Shown here piece after piece: positions 49,647 to 62,936 of a stretch of 64,000 nucleotides of DNA. Origin of the DNA: Microbotryum violaceum (lineage: Eukaryota); assembly GCA_001244265.2 (NCBI GenBank), contig CDLV01000005.1:1364001-1428000 (forward strand). Reading direction: 5' to 3'. Both the position numbers and the translations under genes were made by a program. Under the pieces are notes generated by a model, which was not told the origin of the DNA, made no database searches, and saw only the letters and a program-made list of their open reading frames with translations. The first letter of the stretch is position 1, and every line of letters begins with the position of its first letter.

Positions 49647-50405
49647 GGATGAAGATGAAAGACGATGGCACACAGAACGAAAACAAACAGAAAAGCGGGG
49701 CCAGTCCTCCGAGGTCCTCCCTTGTACTTCCCTGACGGCGTCCTCCGAATGATCAGCGACGCCGAGGGAAGTGCAGAATTTCGATCACCTCGAGCCTTCT
49801 AGTACGTTATTCAGGGTTGCATCTCACACGTGCTCAATCAGGTCAATCATCTCGGGCTTAAGACGATCTCGAGCTTGAAATCAAAGCTCCCCGCACCCGG
49901 GGCTTGGGGAACGCTCGGCGACAGCTTCGAAGGCGAGCGCTTGACCAATTGCTGATGCCGACAAATTTTTTAGCTCCGATCTCGGATCGGGATTTGAATT
50001 TCAGCTGGTCTGCAAAAAAAATGGCGAACCTTCTCGAGCAACGAGGCGCCATTATAATAGAGGGTCGAGACCCGTCCATCATTGCGTTTTCATCAACGAG
50101 TTCGCCGCTCGGACGCCAATGTCCGAGTGTGTCCACTGCACGTGCCTCCTCTTCAAAGATAGGGGCTTGACACGAAGACTCCGCCATTCGAACTCCTAGT
50201 AGAATTCCAAGTTTCCATTCACAACTTTGACAGGGCTACTTCTCCACCATACTACCTAACATAAAACGCCAAACAGCGTGTCCGACGTCCGACGTCGAAC
50301 TAACGGGGACGAGCTCAATCGAACAAGGGTGCATGCTTCTCGCTTCCGACGATCGTCCTCCATCGGGCCACCCCCGCTCTTCCTTCCGAGGTACCCTTTG
50401 GTCCA

Positions 50406-51894
50406 TCACAACCGAGCCAATAACCCCTTTATGACGGGGGCCACTTGTTTTCTTGTTGCTCTGGCGTTGCCTACAGAGGGCATACAGAGAAACAAGGGAT
50501 GCATCAGTCCAGTAAATCTTCCAAAATGAAATGCTGATGAACCGGCCAATTTTGGCAAGAGTGGGCAACTCACCCTGTGACCAAACCCTCCACCCCCGCT
50601 CATCCTTCAACCCATCCACAGCACCCCCTTTCCATTTCTCCACCTTGAGCACTTGATCCTCTTGCAAGCCCGTGAACAAGACCTCCCTCAACCGTTCAAC
50701 CTTGTCCCCTCCCCCCAACATAAAGTACGATTTCCCTCGCATGCACAGCTTTCCCTTCCGAGTTCTCCTCATTGATTTCGGAAAAGGAGGTCAAGATTCC
50801 CGCGAAAGAGAGGTTCCTTTCCTTCATCCAACCTAAAAGGTCCTGTTCAATCCCTTGCCACCCTTGGCGTCCCAGCGCCTTATCCTTTTCAAGCCAAGCC
50901 TTTAATCCCAAAGGAACGGTCGAAAGACCATATTTCCACCCTGATTCTTGATATTCTTTGTAATCCCTGCGTAAGAGATCTCTACCACTCATCGAAGAAA
51001 TATCGATCTTTTTCTTCATGAGGACTTGATGACGAGCGATCAAGGCCGTCATAGAAGGTCCCATGACGGCACTAGGGGCTGCACTTCCGGAGCGGAACGA
51101 GCTGAGGGGGAGCAGGAATTGAACGGCGGCGAGGTCCTTGGGGTGGCTTTACCTCCGTTCGTAGAGGGTTTGAGGGAGGTGTCGATGGCTATTGTGGAGA
51201 GGAGGAGATCGGCCAGGGGGTCGGCACCGAGACGGCGTATTCGGGGGGTAAGAGGGGGGAGAAGTAGGAGAGAACCAAGGAGGTGCACGATCCGACGGGT
51301 TCGATCAGACGAGGTTCGGCGGAGGTGTGCTTCCCTTCATCGGCGTGGTGGTCGATAATGGCCGTAACGGAGGTGTCCCATGGCGGTTTACCTGATGTAG
51401 ATGGCGTCTTTGATTCTGAGCGGAACACGGGCAAGAGGACGTTGTGGTCATCGAGGGCAAAGTTGGCGCCTCGTGCTGCGAGCACGGCGGGATCGGGGAT
51501 GTCATCGATGCAGAGCAAGGCCTCAGCGGGGACGTTGGCCTGTTCGAGTGCGAATTGGTTCTCGGGTCGGAGGTAGAGGTCCGATCGGGCGGTCATGATC
51601 AGGGGCACCGAGAGCGATTTGGGTGGGGTGATGATGTGAAGGAAGTAGGCGAACGCGATGGAGGAGACCAACGAGTCGAGGTCTGTACGAGATGAGATGG
51701 AGTTTCAGGTAAGAGCCAGAAACAAAAAAGATGGCACCAGTCGGAGTGGACTGACCTCCAGCTTGATTGCCGACTGTGATGGTCCACTCGGACAAGTCGG
51801 CACCGGGTTGGTGGAGCGAGTCCAAGAAGGCCTGCTTGGACGTGGTCAGGAAATCGAGCAGGGGCGGGGTGGCGGGCACGGATGATTTGGGCAT
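50406..51894 (-). CDS. PPX1: Exopolyphosphatase (DHH/DHHA2 family)
   Basis: VGNQAG|DLDSLVSSI, DDHN, IIDHHADE, VGSCTSLV, IAIDT, LLRRDYKEY and C-terminal TRKQVAP. Confidence 0.92.
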
Positions 51895-52455
51895 GGTGTG
51901 GTGAGACTGGAGGAAGCAAACTTTCGCGAGGTGGAACAGGTGTAGGGGCGGAGGTTGAAACAGTTGCGGAGGCGTAGGCGGAGGCGGTGGGGCGGCAACG
52001 GCTGCGATGACGGGACCACGACGAGCAAGAAGACCCAGGAGGCGATCAAGGGTCAGATATGCTGGCCGGTGTGATGGAAGCAATGCCAAATCTCGGCGTC
52101 GTGAGACGGTGTGTTTCTGGCGATGGGAACCAAGATGTCGAACAGAAGGAGAGGGAGAGAGAGAGAGAGAGAGAAGAGAGCCGAGCAGAATCTGAGACGT
52201 GTCATTAGCTCCAGGACTGGACTATTGAGTTTTAGTGAACGTTTGATCTGTTATTACGACTTGCGCGCGCTCGCAGTGCACTGCTTGCCCGTTCGAGCGC
52301 AGGCGGTGCCGAGGCAATTCGCATTAGTCAACGATCAAAAGAGCTCAACCCAGAGTAAGTAGGCTCCCAATTCCGAATTGGACAGCGGCCCCTCACCCGA
52401 CCGACCGACCGGTGCACCACGCTTCACAGCTTCACCCACCACCAGCCGAGCAACC

Positions 52456-53571
52456 ATGTCCCACGCCGAGATTGACACCGACTCCCACATCACCGTCGAG
52501 CAGATCGGCGAGGGAACCCGATCCAAGGGAGAGATCAAGTCTCGCAAGGGTCAGTACCAGGCTTTGAATTCGCGCTGCTAGTAGGGTGTCCCCTCTCCCC
52601 TCTCCCCTCTCCTTCCCCCGCACGCGCCCACCCGCCGCCTTTTCCACCCACCAACACACCACCTCACCGTGCAGACGCTGATGATCCCCCCTTCTTCGAC
52701 TCGTAGCCCTCTCCAAGCTCGGACTGGTCGCCGTCCCCGGTATCAAGCGAGTCGTGATGCGCAGACCTCGTCAGGTCAGTCCAGTCCCCACCGACGAGCA
52801 TGGAGGAACCTCTACCACTGAACTGACCCTCGATCCTGTCTCCCACAAATTACGCTCACTCAACAGCAACTCTTCGTCATCGCCGATGCCCAGGTCTTCA
52901 AGTCGTGAGTAGCAAGGAGCTCACTGCGACAGCTCTCACCCTCGTACCTTGTCCAGCAACGAACTGAATACGAACTCGAACCCCCCGTTCCCAGCCCGTC
53001 GTCGGACTGCTACATCGTCTTTGGCGAAGGGAAATACGAGGAAACCGGCACCCGTGACTCCGAGTTCGCGCGTGCGATGCAACAAACGGAGATGTTGGAA
53101 CGCCAGCAGCAGAAATCTGCCGCGTTGCCGCCTTCGAGCGAGGCTCGCCAGGGCGCCGGGGATGGATCCGAGGACCCGAGGGGAGGATGGGTTGGAAGCT
53201 GATGAAAGTGAGTTGAATGAAGAGCTTTGATAGGAACCAGGTTTCTGATCATGCCCATCCTGCCGGGTCGCGTGCCCTTTTTTTTGCTCTCTCCCCCTCG
53301 CAGTCAAGGTCGTGATGGAGCAGGTCAGTAATATAGAGCACGAAAGCTTCAGCTTGGCTTTGGATTCATCATGCTGATGCTACGTAATTGTATTGTACCG
53401 ATTCTTCTTAGGCCAACTGCTCGCGAGCCAAGGGTTCGTTTTTTCGTCACCTCACGTCGGTCCGGCCACCGCGCTGACCACGATCCCACGTCTGATCTCT
53501 TTCCCACAGCCGTTCAAGCACTGAGAAGCACAAAGGGCGATCTCGTACAAGCTATCATCGAGGCCAACTAA
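52456..53571 (+). CDS. EGD2: Nascent polypeptide-associated complex alpha subunit
   Basis: SKGEIKSRK|ALSKLGL..VPGIKR, LFVIADAQVFKS, DCYIVFG and UBA-like VKVVMEQ|ANCSRAK|AVQALRSTKGDLVQAI. Many short exons. Confidence 0.88.
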
Positions 53572-53752
53572 AGGAATATCCAAGCAACAAACTCGGCGAA
53601 CATCTCTGCAGGAGAAGGGAACGAAGAACACACACCATAACCTGCTTGGAGATGTCATCACCTGATCAATACAAACATCCAAAAGGAGGAAGAACCTTAA
53701 AAAACTTGGCACTTTATGAACCGTCCTATAATTGGGATCCGATTTAACCCCT

Positions 53753-56700
53753 TCATCTTTTTGGACCTGTTGAGACAGCCGAGGGGGTTCCCGGCGTCGA
53801 AGGATGTGGCGCGTACGTCGGCGCAACATTCTTTGCCCGGAGCGGTGTCCTCGTCTGCCTGAGCTCCTACGCACGGAGTTGGTTAAGGAGCAGGGTCGAG
53901 AATAAAGCTCACCATTAACATTGTAGCCAGACCCATTGCATTCGATCGACCTGCTGTCCATCCGTGACCACTCGAAAGCTGCACAACGTCGCGCACCCTC
54001 GCTCATCTCACGACATTGCGTGCTTCGTACAATGCCAACGACCATTTACTGACTGTTCAAATTGTATCAAGCTGGTGCGAATTCGTTCTACAACCCGGGT
54101 CAAAGGCTGTTGTGAACTCACCATAAGCGTTGTAGAACATGTCATTTTGGCAGGGGCATGTTTTCGAGAGGTAAACTTGACGCGACCGGCAATCACTGCA
54201 AGCGCTGTCGTCGGCTCCTCCTGCCGCACACCTCTTCGACACTACGTTCCTGAGCCCCATCTTCCCTCCTTACTTACAGGAAGTTAACAGAGTTTGGATT
54301 CCGAGTCTTGGCCTGGGTTGCAGCCACTTGCCCATGAACCTCAAACAGCTTCCGCGACGATAGTAACGACGTGAGCTGGCAGCTCGTAATTTCTCTGTCG
54401 GCTGCGCGAACACGGGCCCGAGTTGACAAGCAACGAGCCACTTTAAGATCAAGAGGTCCAAAATACTTGAGATCGAGAGCGTATCGGTACGATCGCCATG
54501 TGGGTAAGCTTGCAGACCCATACGTAAAGGACCTCCGAGTCAGAATTACATAAGCGGTGAAATAGAGTATATATTTTATGATTCGCCCCCTGCCCTAACG
54601 ACTAACAAATCTAGGGGGGTCGCCACCCTACCAATGCATCAAAACATCCTCGCAACCGTCCAATCCAGCATGCTGTGACCCTACAGACCACGAGCGTGTA
54701 GTATCGGCGCAAGTTCCGAACGTACCGAAATCGAACCCGTCGACATGGATCGTGTCCGTATTTTGAATTGGCACGAGGTGAATGCCCGCTTTGTAGGTCC
54801 AGAAACAGTACTTGTGCGTCGGTTGCCACAGAAAAATGGAATCGCCAGGTTTTTGATGATAAGCTGCGATGGCGCAGTCTCGGAGCGTTTGGGGGTTGTA
54901 GAGAGGGAAGGAAGGGTCCGAACCTCCTAGGGTGTATCTTCCCTGTCCGCCTAATGAGGAAGGTGGACGATTGAACGTAAGCGGGGAGGATATTTGGGTT
55001 TCAGCCTCAGAGCCGAGATCAACTTCGACTTACTACCATAGTAAGATGAAAATGGTCCTTGGCAGGGAACGGTCCCATTCACGATTCCACCGGACTCATA
55101 CCCTTGAACACATGAAATCGATAATTTTGTACCGTAACACGCCGTTGCGAAGGGGTCGACACAGCAACCCGTCCCTGTTCAATCGAATCGTGAAGCGAAT
55201 ATCCGTCAAACACCAGCGACAAGTGGAAAGGATGTCCTCTGTCAGCCTAGGACAGGAATCCGCGTCGCGCGTGGGCTCAATTTCTTGGGACGAAAACTTA
55301 CCCTGGGTGTTGAGTGCGGTACCATTGCATGATGGAGGAGTGCAGAAACCATTTGCGTCCACCAGACCATGCTGGCATGCGGTCGCTCGAACGTTGTTGT
55401 CGCATGCTGTCGCGTTGACAGGGCAAGGGTAACATGTTCCATCTGCAGTGCCAAACGATCACCCAAGGGTAGGAGACGGAGCCATGAGCATCTTTGGTGG
55501 AACTGAGGATCCCACTGTTCACATTCACGTACTATTGGGGGCGAATACCCGCTAGGTGTCGAGGCACCGCATTCGACAGGGGTGGGGCATAGGCCCGACA
55601 CAGGGGTTCCGTATCGACACGTGAGAGAACCAGACGAGTCACATGATCGTGCGAGGGCGTCTTGACAGCACGCAGTACCTGAGAATGTCATAGACATGCA
55701 AAGGATCAATCGTCTTGGTTCATACGGTGTGTAGCGGCACCCGTGCGATCCAGCTCACCGTCATTGTTGACGGCCGAGTTCGGGCAGTTGACTTTGACGA
55801 TGCAGCTGCCATTGTCAAGCATCCCATACGAACAACCCGTTGCTTGACCTTGACTATTACAAGAGGTTGAATTTGTAGGACAGGCAAGACAATTTGTATC
55901 CTTAGGATCTGTTTTGAACGCAGTCATTTAGTATAGGGTACAAAAAAAAAGGCGAGCAAGTCTCCCCCTACTCACTGCTTCCAGGAGCAAGGTAGCGAGG
56001 AGGAAAGCCACTGCAGTCCCGAAGTCACGACACCAACCCCCATCTTGGACAGGTTGACCGTTTTTGCACGTTAACGACCCCGAAGGATCACATGTGCTTG
56101 CAAAACCGTCCAGACAGTGAGCACATTGGTCACCTGATAGTCGTCGGAAGAGGGGTAATGATGATGAAGAAGAAGGGATCCGGCCAGTGAGTCCAATCGT
56201 TCCCAACAGAGAAAGAGTTTGAAGGGTGTACGCACTATCAGGGGACGGGTACATGCCCTCTGCGCATGGTTGACACTTTCCGTTGAGGACGAATCCGCTT
56301 GCGCAGACCGAGACACAATCTCGGCCAGTCGTAGTATTGAGGGTCTGCTTTCCTGAACACACTTTGGCAACGCATCTACCAGCGGTGGCGATCCCGTACG
56401 AGCTGCGATACCCAAGTGCAAGGGTGAGGACTGAATGGATCTCACCCAGGGAGCGTAGCACTTGCCAGGATTTGACTGTTGTGGCTGTGCAAGCTGTCGA
56501 GTTGGGGAAGATGGAAATGCAGGCTCGACATTGATTGGCTGTAAAGTAAATCGGATCAAAGTCACATTCCGTCGAGCAGGACACCTGGGAGTTTTCAAAA
56601 TTATCTCTTACATTCTACGTCTAGGTACTGGGTGTTATTACACACAGGAGTAAGGCAGGTTTTGGATCCCGTCTGGATCGTTCGCGCCAAGTTCATATTG

Positions 56701-57507
56701 AAGCCGGTACCATTAGGGAAGAAGGCGAATAGCTGACAGACCAGGAACGACACCCAAAAGAAAGTAAGTTTCGCTAATTCTGCACTGCTCGTGCGACACT
56801 CCCCGGAACGGACCTCGACGGTATCGCCCCGCTGGTGATGGGGCGTGAACGTATATGGCGAGCCGTCCTTGTTGCGGATTTTGGTCAGGAACTCCACTCC
56901 CGGTGCTAGTACCTCGATCGATTTTAACGTCGTCTTGGCCCCTACTTTTCGAAGTGCCGGGAGGAGCTTTGCTTGGGGTACTATTGCGACGGTCAAAGGG
57001 CGCACGTTGCCCGAGTTGAAGAAGGTGATGTTGGCCTGGGTGCACTGCCACAGCCGAGAGGGGACTGAAGAGCATACAAACGATGTCGCGTTAGCTGTAT
57101 TCACACAAAGGCTTTCTCTAGAAGCCGTCGCGATAATCGATGTGACTGGAAATCGCAAATTAGAAGACCCCGATTGTTTTCAAGAGTCGAGCTGCACTGG
57201 ATTCGTGAGAGCAACCTTCCGATTTCGATGGAAGCCTAGACAGGGGTGGTGCAATCCGTGCGGACGTATCGCCCACTGGACGACTATAAGCTGAAACAAG
57301 AGATCGCACAGGTACCTCCTGAAATTAGTACTTACGTGATGCAGATATTTTGGGTGCACTCGCAGGTGTGGCGCGATTGACATCCCGTGTGGGTCCTTCG
57401 TTGGCTGATGGTCTCGGCGCCTTTTCGCTCGTCGGGATCGCGAGCACCGTACCGCATAGCAGTTCGCCGCTTGCGATGACCCAGACCGCGTTGAGCCAGC
57501 CGAACAT
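53753..57507 (-). CDS. Large multi-exon secreted cysteine-rich repeat protein (CxxC / furin-like spacing); 3' end and exon joins uncertain
   Basis: Signal-like MFGWLNAVWVIASGELLCGTVLA. Repeated C..C...CxSC...TC.YG units in ORF segments between 55100 and 56650, with further Cys exons near 54000-54250. Confidence 0.6.
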
Positions 57508-58599
57508 GGTTTCGTCGAGATGTCTCTTGGCGTATGGATGGATGGACTTTAAGAAAGACACTTTGATCATCAACGCGGCATGCGCGCCTCGATTGACTCG
57601 TTCGTCGGTTTCGCAGATTTGACGCGCGCCCGTGCCTGATTGCGCCGGCCGAAAGGGGCTGCGAAACTTTCCGCATGCGGAATCCGTCTCCACCGCAAGC
57701 CAGATCGGGCGCGGCGCGGCGCCGATCGGATTGATTTCAAACCGCCTCGAACGCACCTACGTCAAGCTTTTTCAATCGATCAACTCACTGACTGCGACGA
57801 GATACGATACGAACCAATTGTCCACACCTTTTTCAAACTAATGTATTTTTACGCGCCGCGCGGGCGAAGGGCCGCTGGATGTTAGGCGATGTGATCCTGT
57901 CCTGAGAGCCGCCGCGGGCATAGAGTCTTTCCCTCGGAACAGTGACTCTGTTCTTTTAGCCGGTCTTACAATTGAGCAAGTTCGCATGCTGACACGATGT
58001 CGCTTGCCGATCCGCATAGCTTTCGTTGCCTACTATAAGTAAGGAGATTATGGATGATCAGCCTCCTTGAGTAGGTGTCGGCGGCTTCTTGATTCATTCC
58101 GATATGACGGTCCTCGCGAACAGAGAAAGTTCTAGACTATAGTGAGGACTATAGTTTAGGCAAGGGGGATTGCGAGGGATCTCAGATAGGTCTGGTTGGG
58201 CCGAAGCGATTGAAGGCCAAGCATAGGGGTGGAGGTGAGGTGCTGAGATGAGACTGGGTGAGGATTTAAGAGTAAAGGTTTTAGGCGAGGGAGATTGAGA
58301 GTGAGAATGGGAGAAATGGGAGTAATGGGAGTAATGGGAGTTGTTGCTTTCAGGAAGGAAAGAAGCAACTTCAGAGAGGACCATGTAAAGCAAGGCCTTA
58401 CGACGGGCCACAGGCATTCGAAATGGAGATTGCGCGCGCCTAGCTTCTTCAGCTCTCTCTTCATCGAGCTGACATCAGAAGCTAGTTGTAATCCATATAA
58501 CTTCCACCTGTCATCTTCGGTCACCAGTGAGGCTCCGCTGTCCGAGACAGCGTGACTTTCACTTTTTTTTTTTGACAACGTCGAGTTCATCGTACCGAA

Positions 58600-59152
58600 T
58601 GATACGGCCAAGTACGCTCATCAGGTGCGGCCGTACTCGAACCATCGAACAATCGACTAGCCCGGAGCGTTCAAATAAAGACGACCCTGCGGCACTAGCA
58701 GCCCCCCCCCCACCCTCCCCCCCCCCAAACGCCCCCTCTGCTCCAGGAGCGCCCGCCACGAGTGGTCGACTCCCCTGTCGGCCGCTCCCGCCCCTCGCAC
58801 TCGTCCTGGTATGGTGGCGGCCATTCAGACGTTCCAAGAAACGGCTGATTCAACCGCGTTTGCTGGCCTCAACATTGACTCGGAAGACGACGCTTACTCG
58901 TACGCCCCTCGCTCGTTCCCACCCTTACCCGTCTCTCTGCGCGGTGCTCATGGCACCCTCACTGCCTCTGCCCTCGTAGATTCGGGGTCGCCTCAAACGT
59001 TCCTCAGCGAGGACTTCGTTCAGCGATTGGGATTGGAAAGACGGACCTTGAGACATCACACGAAGTACACTCTTGCAATGCAAAGCCAAGTTCCCACTGT
59101 CTTCACATGCACACATCTTGTCCCAGTCCCGGTCGAACCTCCGAGCGGGTAG
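58600..59152 (+). mobile_element. Ty3/gypsy-like remnant with retropepsin domain
   Basis: ALVDSGSPQTFLSEDFVQRLGL matches the retroviral-type aspartic protease motif. Pro-rich gag-like debris upstream. No RT or LTR recognised. Confidence 0.7.
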
Positions 59153-61259
59153 ACTTCACTCGGACCTGCGGCAAGTGGCGTCACAGAGCGCCGCGGTGGA
59201 CTCCCTGCAACGGGTGTTCCCAGATCGGCGTCGGTACGCCGATCTGCTGCGCATCCCTACCATGATGCGGGCCCTGCCAGGCCTTCGTCGAAATCTTCGT
59301 CAGGCTCGGCCCATCATAAAACGGCTGCTTCCTCCCGCGTCAGTTCTGCTTCTGGCTCGAGACCATCTTCCTTCCACTCTTCGGGAGCAGACTGCTCCCC
59401 AGCCGCGGGTGGTACGAGTTCGGAAATGTTCACCTGCTCAGCAGTGGCCCGAACCTGTTCCGGTCGCCGCCACCGATTTCATCGTCGGAATGGGGTCATT
59501 GAAGTCGCTCCCGCCTCCACCAAAATTGTCGAAATGCGTCCAATGTTGTTCAAATACGGGAGAGAGGGTGCGGGCACGTCGATTTCGGGGCTTTGTCGAT
59601 GTCCATGTCCTCGTTGGTTCGCGGACGCTTGTCGGTATGCGCTGCTTGGGTCAGCTCCATCCTCTCTCGTGGGGAAGATCGATGCGAGCCTCGGCACCAC
59701 CCGGTGGAAATTGTCGAGCTTGGAGCGAGCTAGTACGGTCGTGAGGGGTCAAACCCAGTCCTGCTGTATCAGAAAGGGTGATTCGATTGCGAAGAAAGAT
59801 AAGTTGATTCAATGACTCATGGTGATGTGGGGTAGCCCTTAATGGTGCTGACAGGATCGACGGGTGGTGCGACGTCTCTGATGCATGTGATGGCCCGCGC
59901 GGCCGCCGCGGCCGTGCGACGGTGCGGTCGTGCACTGCAGCGGTGCGACGAAGATGGGGTGGCACTGCTCGTGCAAACCGATCAAAAGTTGAGCGCCCAA
60001 TACTGTGCGTGACCAGCAAACAAGCGAAAAGAGTGGACGATCCGCCTCAACGGCCTTGCGGTGGAGGCTTGTTTAGCAAACGGAAGTGGGGCCCGGGGGT
60101 TAGGAAGCCCAGGATTCGCCAGTCGGTGAACGCTCGGGTCACTGCACCTCAGCACGATGTCAAAAGCGCGCGCGCGTTTGTTTCTGCTCCCGCCACCTCG
60201 CTTCAGAGCCGTCAACTGGTCCCAACCCCAGCAAATCCAACAAAACACGTGAGTCGAACAAGCGGCAACGAGCGAGAGGATAGGGAAGTGAGTGAACTTT
60301 ATTCGGTGGTGTGAAACCATACTGCAGCGTGGCGGCTCGAAGTGAACGCTCAACGTTCAACCGCACGCCCGTTGCTGGCCGTGCCTTCGACCACCCCAAC
60401 TCCAACGCGATGTCAACTCCCACCAGATTGAGCTATAAGGAGGCTGACATCGTCTTTGACTTTGCGAACCATCCTCAAGACCCTTCTACGAAAGTCGCTT
60501 AGATGGTCGGGTTGGATCTTGAATAACTGGTACTGTCGAACCAGGGCCCTCAGCTCGTCCCGGGCCTCCTCATAGCCAGAAATGGGTGCCCAGCGCTCCC
60601 GGCCTTACACGGCCAGCCCTTTTGGATGGGGATTTCGCACGGATCCGCTCCTAATTTCCGCAGGGTCTGACTGGCGCTAGCCTCGCGGTGCTGGATTCCA
60701 CGGTGGACACGAGAAGAAGTTGAGGTTGTCATTTTCTGAGCGCATGAAATCTACTGCAGACAGTTAATCAACTGGTTGGGGATGCTTAACATCTACTCCA
60801 TTCTTAGCAACCGCTAGTGAGCTGATGCTGTAATGTTTCTAATATGGATTCCAGAGTACCAAAATCTGAGTTTTGCAGAAGGGTTTCATAAGAAACGCGT
60901 ACTGGGTACGGACTCATGTTATCCGTACGAGGGAGGGTCGCGCGTGTAGAAGCTCAGACCCTCAGGCCCGCTCAGCGCGATCTCAGACCAATCTCAGACC
61001 GATCTCAGACTGGGCGCCGGTTCTGAGCGACTCAGAGCGAGAACCCGCGCAATTCAGACGGTGCCTCGCTGCACTTGCTGTGTTCACCAGATTATGCTCG
61101 CTCAGACTGAGCTTAGTGGTTAATCATAAAGTAAGCACCATATCAGATTCGCTCAGACTGAACTTTGTGCATATCAGAAAATATTTATTACTCTTTGCAG
61201 GCACAAAGGGGGACCCCTGCGCGCTGCAGTTTCGGACAGGCCTAGACCGATCTCATACA

Positions 61260-61644
61260 CGCGAAACTTACGGCTGCCGTAGGGCACAACTTGCCACAAA
61301 AGAACAGTGTCTCTGCAAGGACTAAAGTAACGCTGGCTCCCTTCTGATTTCAGATTGAAATTATAAGCTTTTTTTGCTGTGTGGTCCAGTGTAAGGCCAG
61401 CCCCTTCACAACTGGACTACACACAGAGCTCCCTTGCGCCTTAAATGGCTCGCTTCTGATTCCGCATCCATTGAATTTGTTCGCTTTTTTGGCTGTGTAG
61501 TCCAGCTGTGAGGGGCTAGCAAAAAACCTAACAATTTCAATCGATGCTGATTGAAATCAGAAGGGAGCCAGCGTTACTTTGGTCCTTGCAGACACACTTT
61601 TCTTTTTTGGCAAGTTGTGCCCTACGGCAGCCGTAAGTTTCGCG
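61260..61644. repeat. Non-coding inverted repeat (MITE-like or foldback)
   Basis: CGCGAAACTTACGGCTGCCGTAGGGCACAACTTGCCA at 61260 is inverted exactly at the 61644 end. Imperfect pairing extends about 150 bp inward. Confidence 0.85.
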
Positions 61645-62578
61645 CTTGCATGTGTAGAGAGCGCCGGCGCGCACCGAGCGTCTCCTGTGCCCGCCTGGAG
61701 CCCGCTCCGGATCCTCACGCGTGCGTCTGAGTCAACCCTGAACCATTAACCCCAGGGTGAGGTGAACCAACGATCAGATTGGAGTTTTCAGGGGTTTCAA
61801 GGTGTTCTCCCTGGGTAGGTACTACTCTCCTCTCTGTCTATTGGCGGTGCTGATATGCGCACCCGATCTTTTCGTTCCTATTGATAGGTGTAGCTCCATC
61901 GTTCACTCATCATCTCACAGCGTGACCCCGAACTCTGTCCAAGCCCGGCTACAGACGTGTTGCGACGCACGTGTTTTAGACGAGATTGAGGTACCCAGAC
62001 TATATCCAATTACACCTTTACCAGCACTTTCCCACTGCCACTACTACGTCCTGTCTATTGCCCATGCATGCTCCCCCACGGCATGCCGCCGCTTCAGCGC
62101 TGCCGCCCACCACCCCTCGTGCTCGGCCCCTAATCCGAATAGGCGGCCCTTTCTTGAGTTGCGGGGCGGTCACCATCGAAAAAGGCCCGTACGGCTGATG
62201 CAAGCGCCGTAGTCTCTTTTTCGAAGTCTTGTTCTGAGCATCCAGTGCCGGCTGCGCGACGCTCGACCGGATCGGGGGCGGGTGGGAGGTCCGGTTTGGC
62301 CTTGACTTTTTCGACCGCCAATACCGTTCGTGATGTCCCAACACCACACCAGCCCGTCAGATCCCTCCGGGTCATCCGGTCCGCTGGCTGTTCCGCCCGG
62401 GAGTGGATGCGCCATGTATCTATTGACGGTGTGAACGAGGTAGCTGGTATCCACGGAGCTGTGGGTATACTGCGCGTTTGCCTGCTTGTTGTTGGCATCC
62501 GGATTAGCCCGCTGATCTCTGAAACTGATTGATTTGATCCGAAGCACATCCCTTAAGCTTTCGGCCCTCATATCGGGT

Positions 62579-62936
62579 GACCCAGCACGCTACTTCCCAC
62601 CCAATCAACGCGACGACGGTGGTGATCCAGCGTCGACGGTAAGGAAGGTCGACTTTTCGATGTGTCGAGGCCTTGGTGCCTCCAAGCAAAAGAGGTCGCA
62701 AAATATTATTCACAGTATCGTCATTCCCGTAGAGGGCAAAAATATGCTCCCGTCTGCCGAACCTCGAAACGCTCTTTGCCCTCTACGGGAATGACGATAC
62801 TGTGGAGAATATTTTGCGTCCTCTTTTGCTTGAAGGCACCAAGGCCTCGACACATCGAAAAGTCGACCTTCCTTACTGTCGAAGCTGGATCACCACCGTC
62901 GTCGCGTTGATTGGATTGGAAGTAGCGTGCTGGGTC
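62579..62936. repeat. Inverted repeat, about 162-bp arms, 34-bp loop
   Basis: 62579-62740 versus 62775-62936, with scattered mismatches. Confidence 0.92.

Larger units (their letters stand above)
44242..50702. repeat. Tandem segmental duplication, unit 2
   Basis: Collinear with 34951-43712. Continues into the intact PPX1. Confidence 0.92.

Noticed and set aside
48865-49686. 273-aa ORF with SSYLFIPLHT repeats
   Set aside because: Non-ATG start, and a by-product of the minisatellite plus frameshifted lipase exon 1.
58090-58600. Possible LINE 3' remnant with ATGGGAGTA repeats
   Set aside because: No diagnostic motif could be read, so it is left unannotated.
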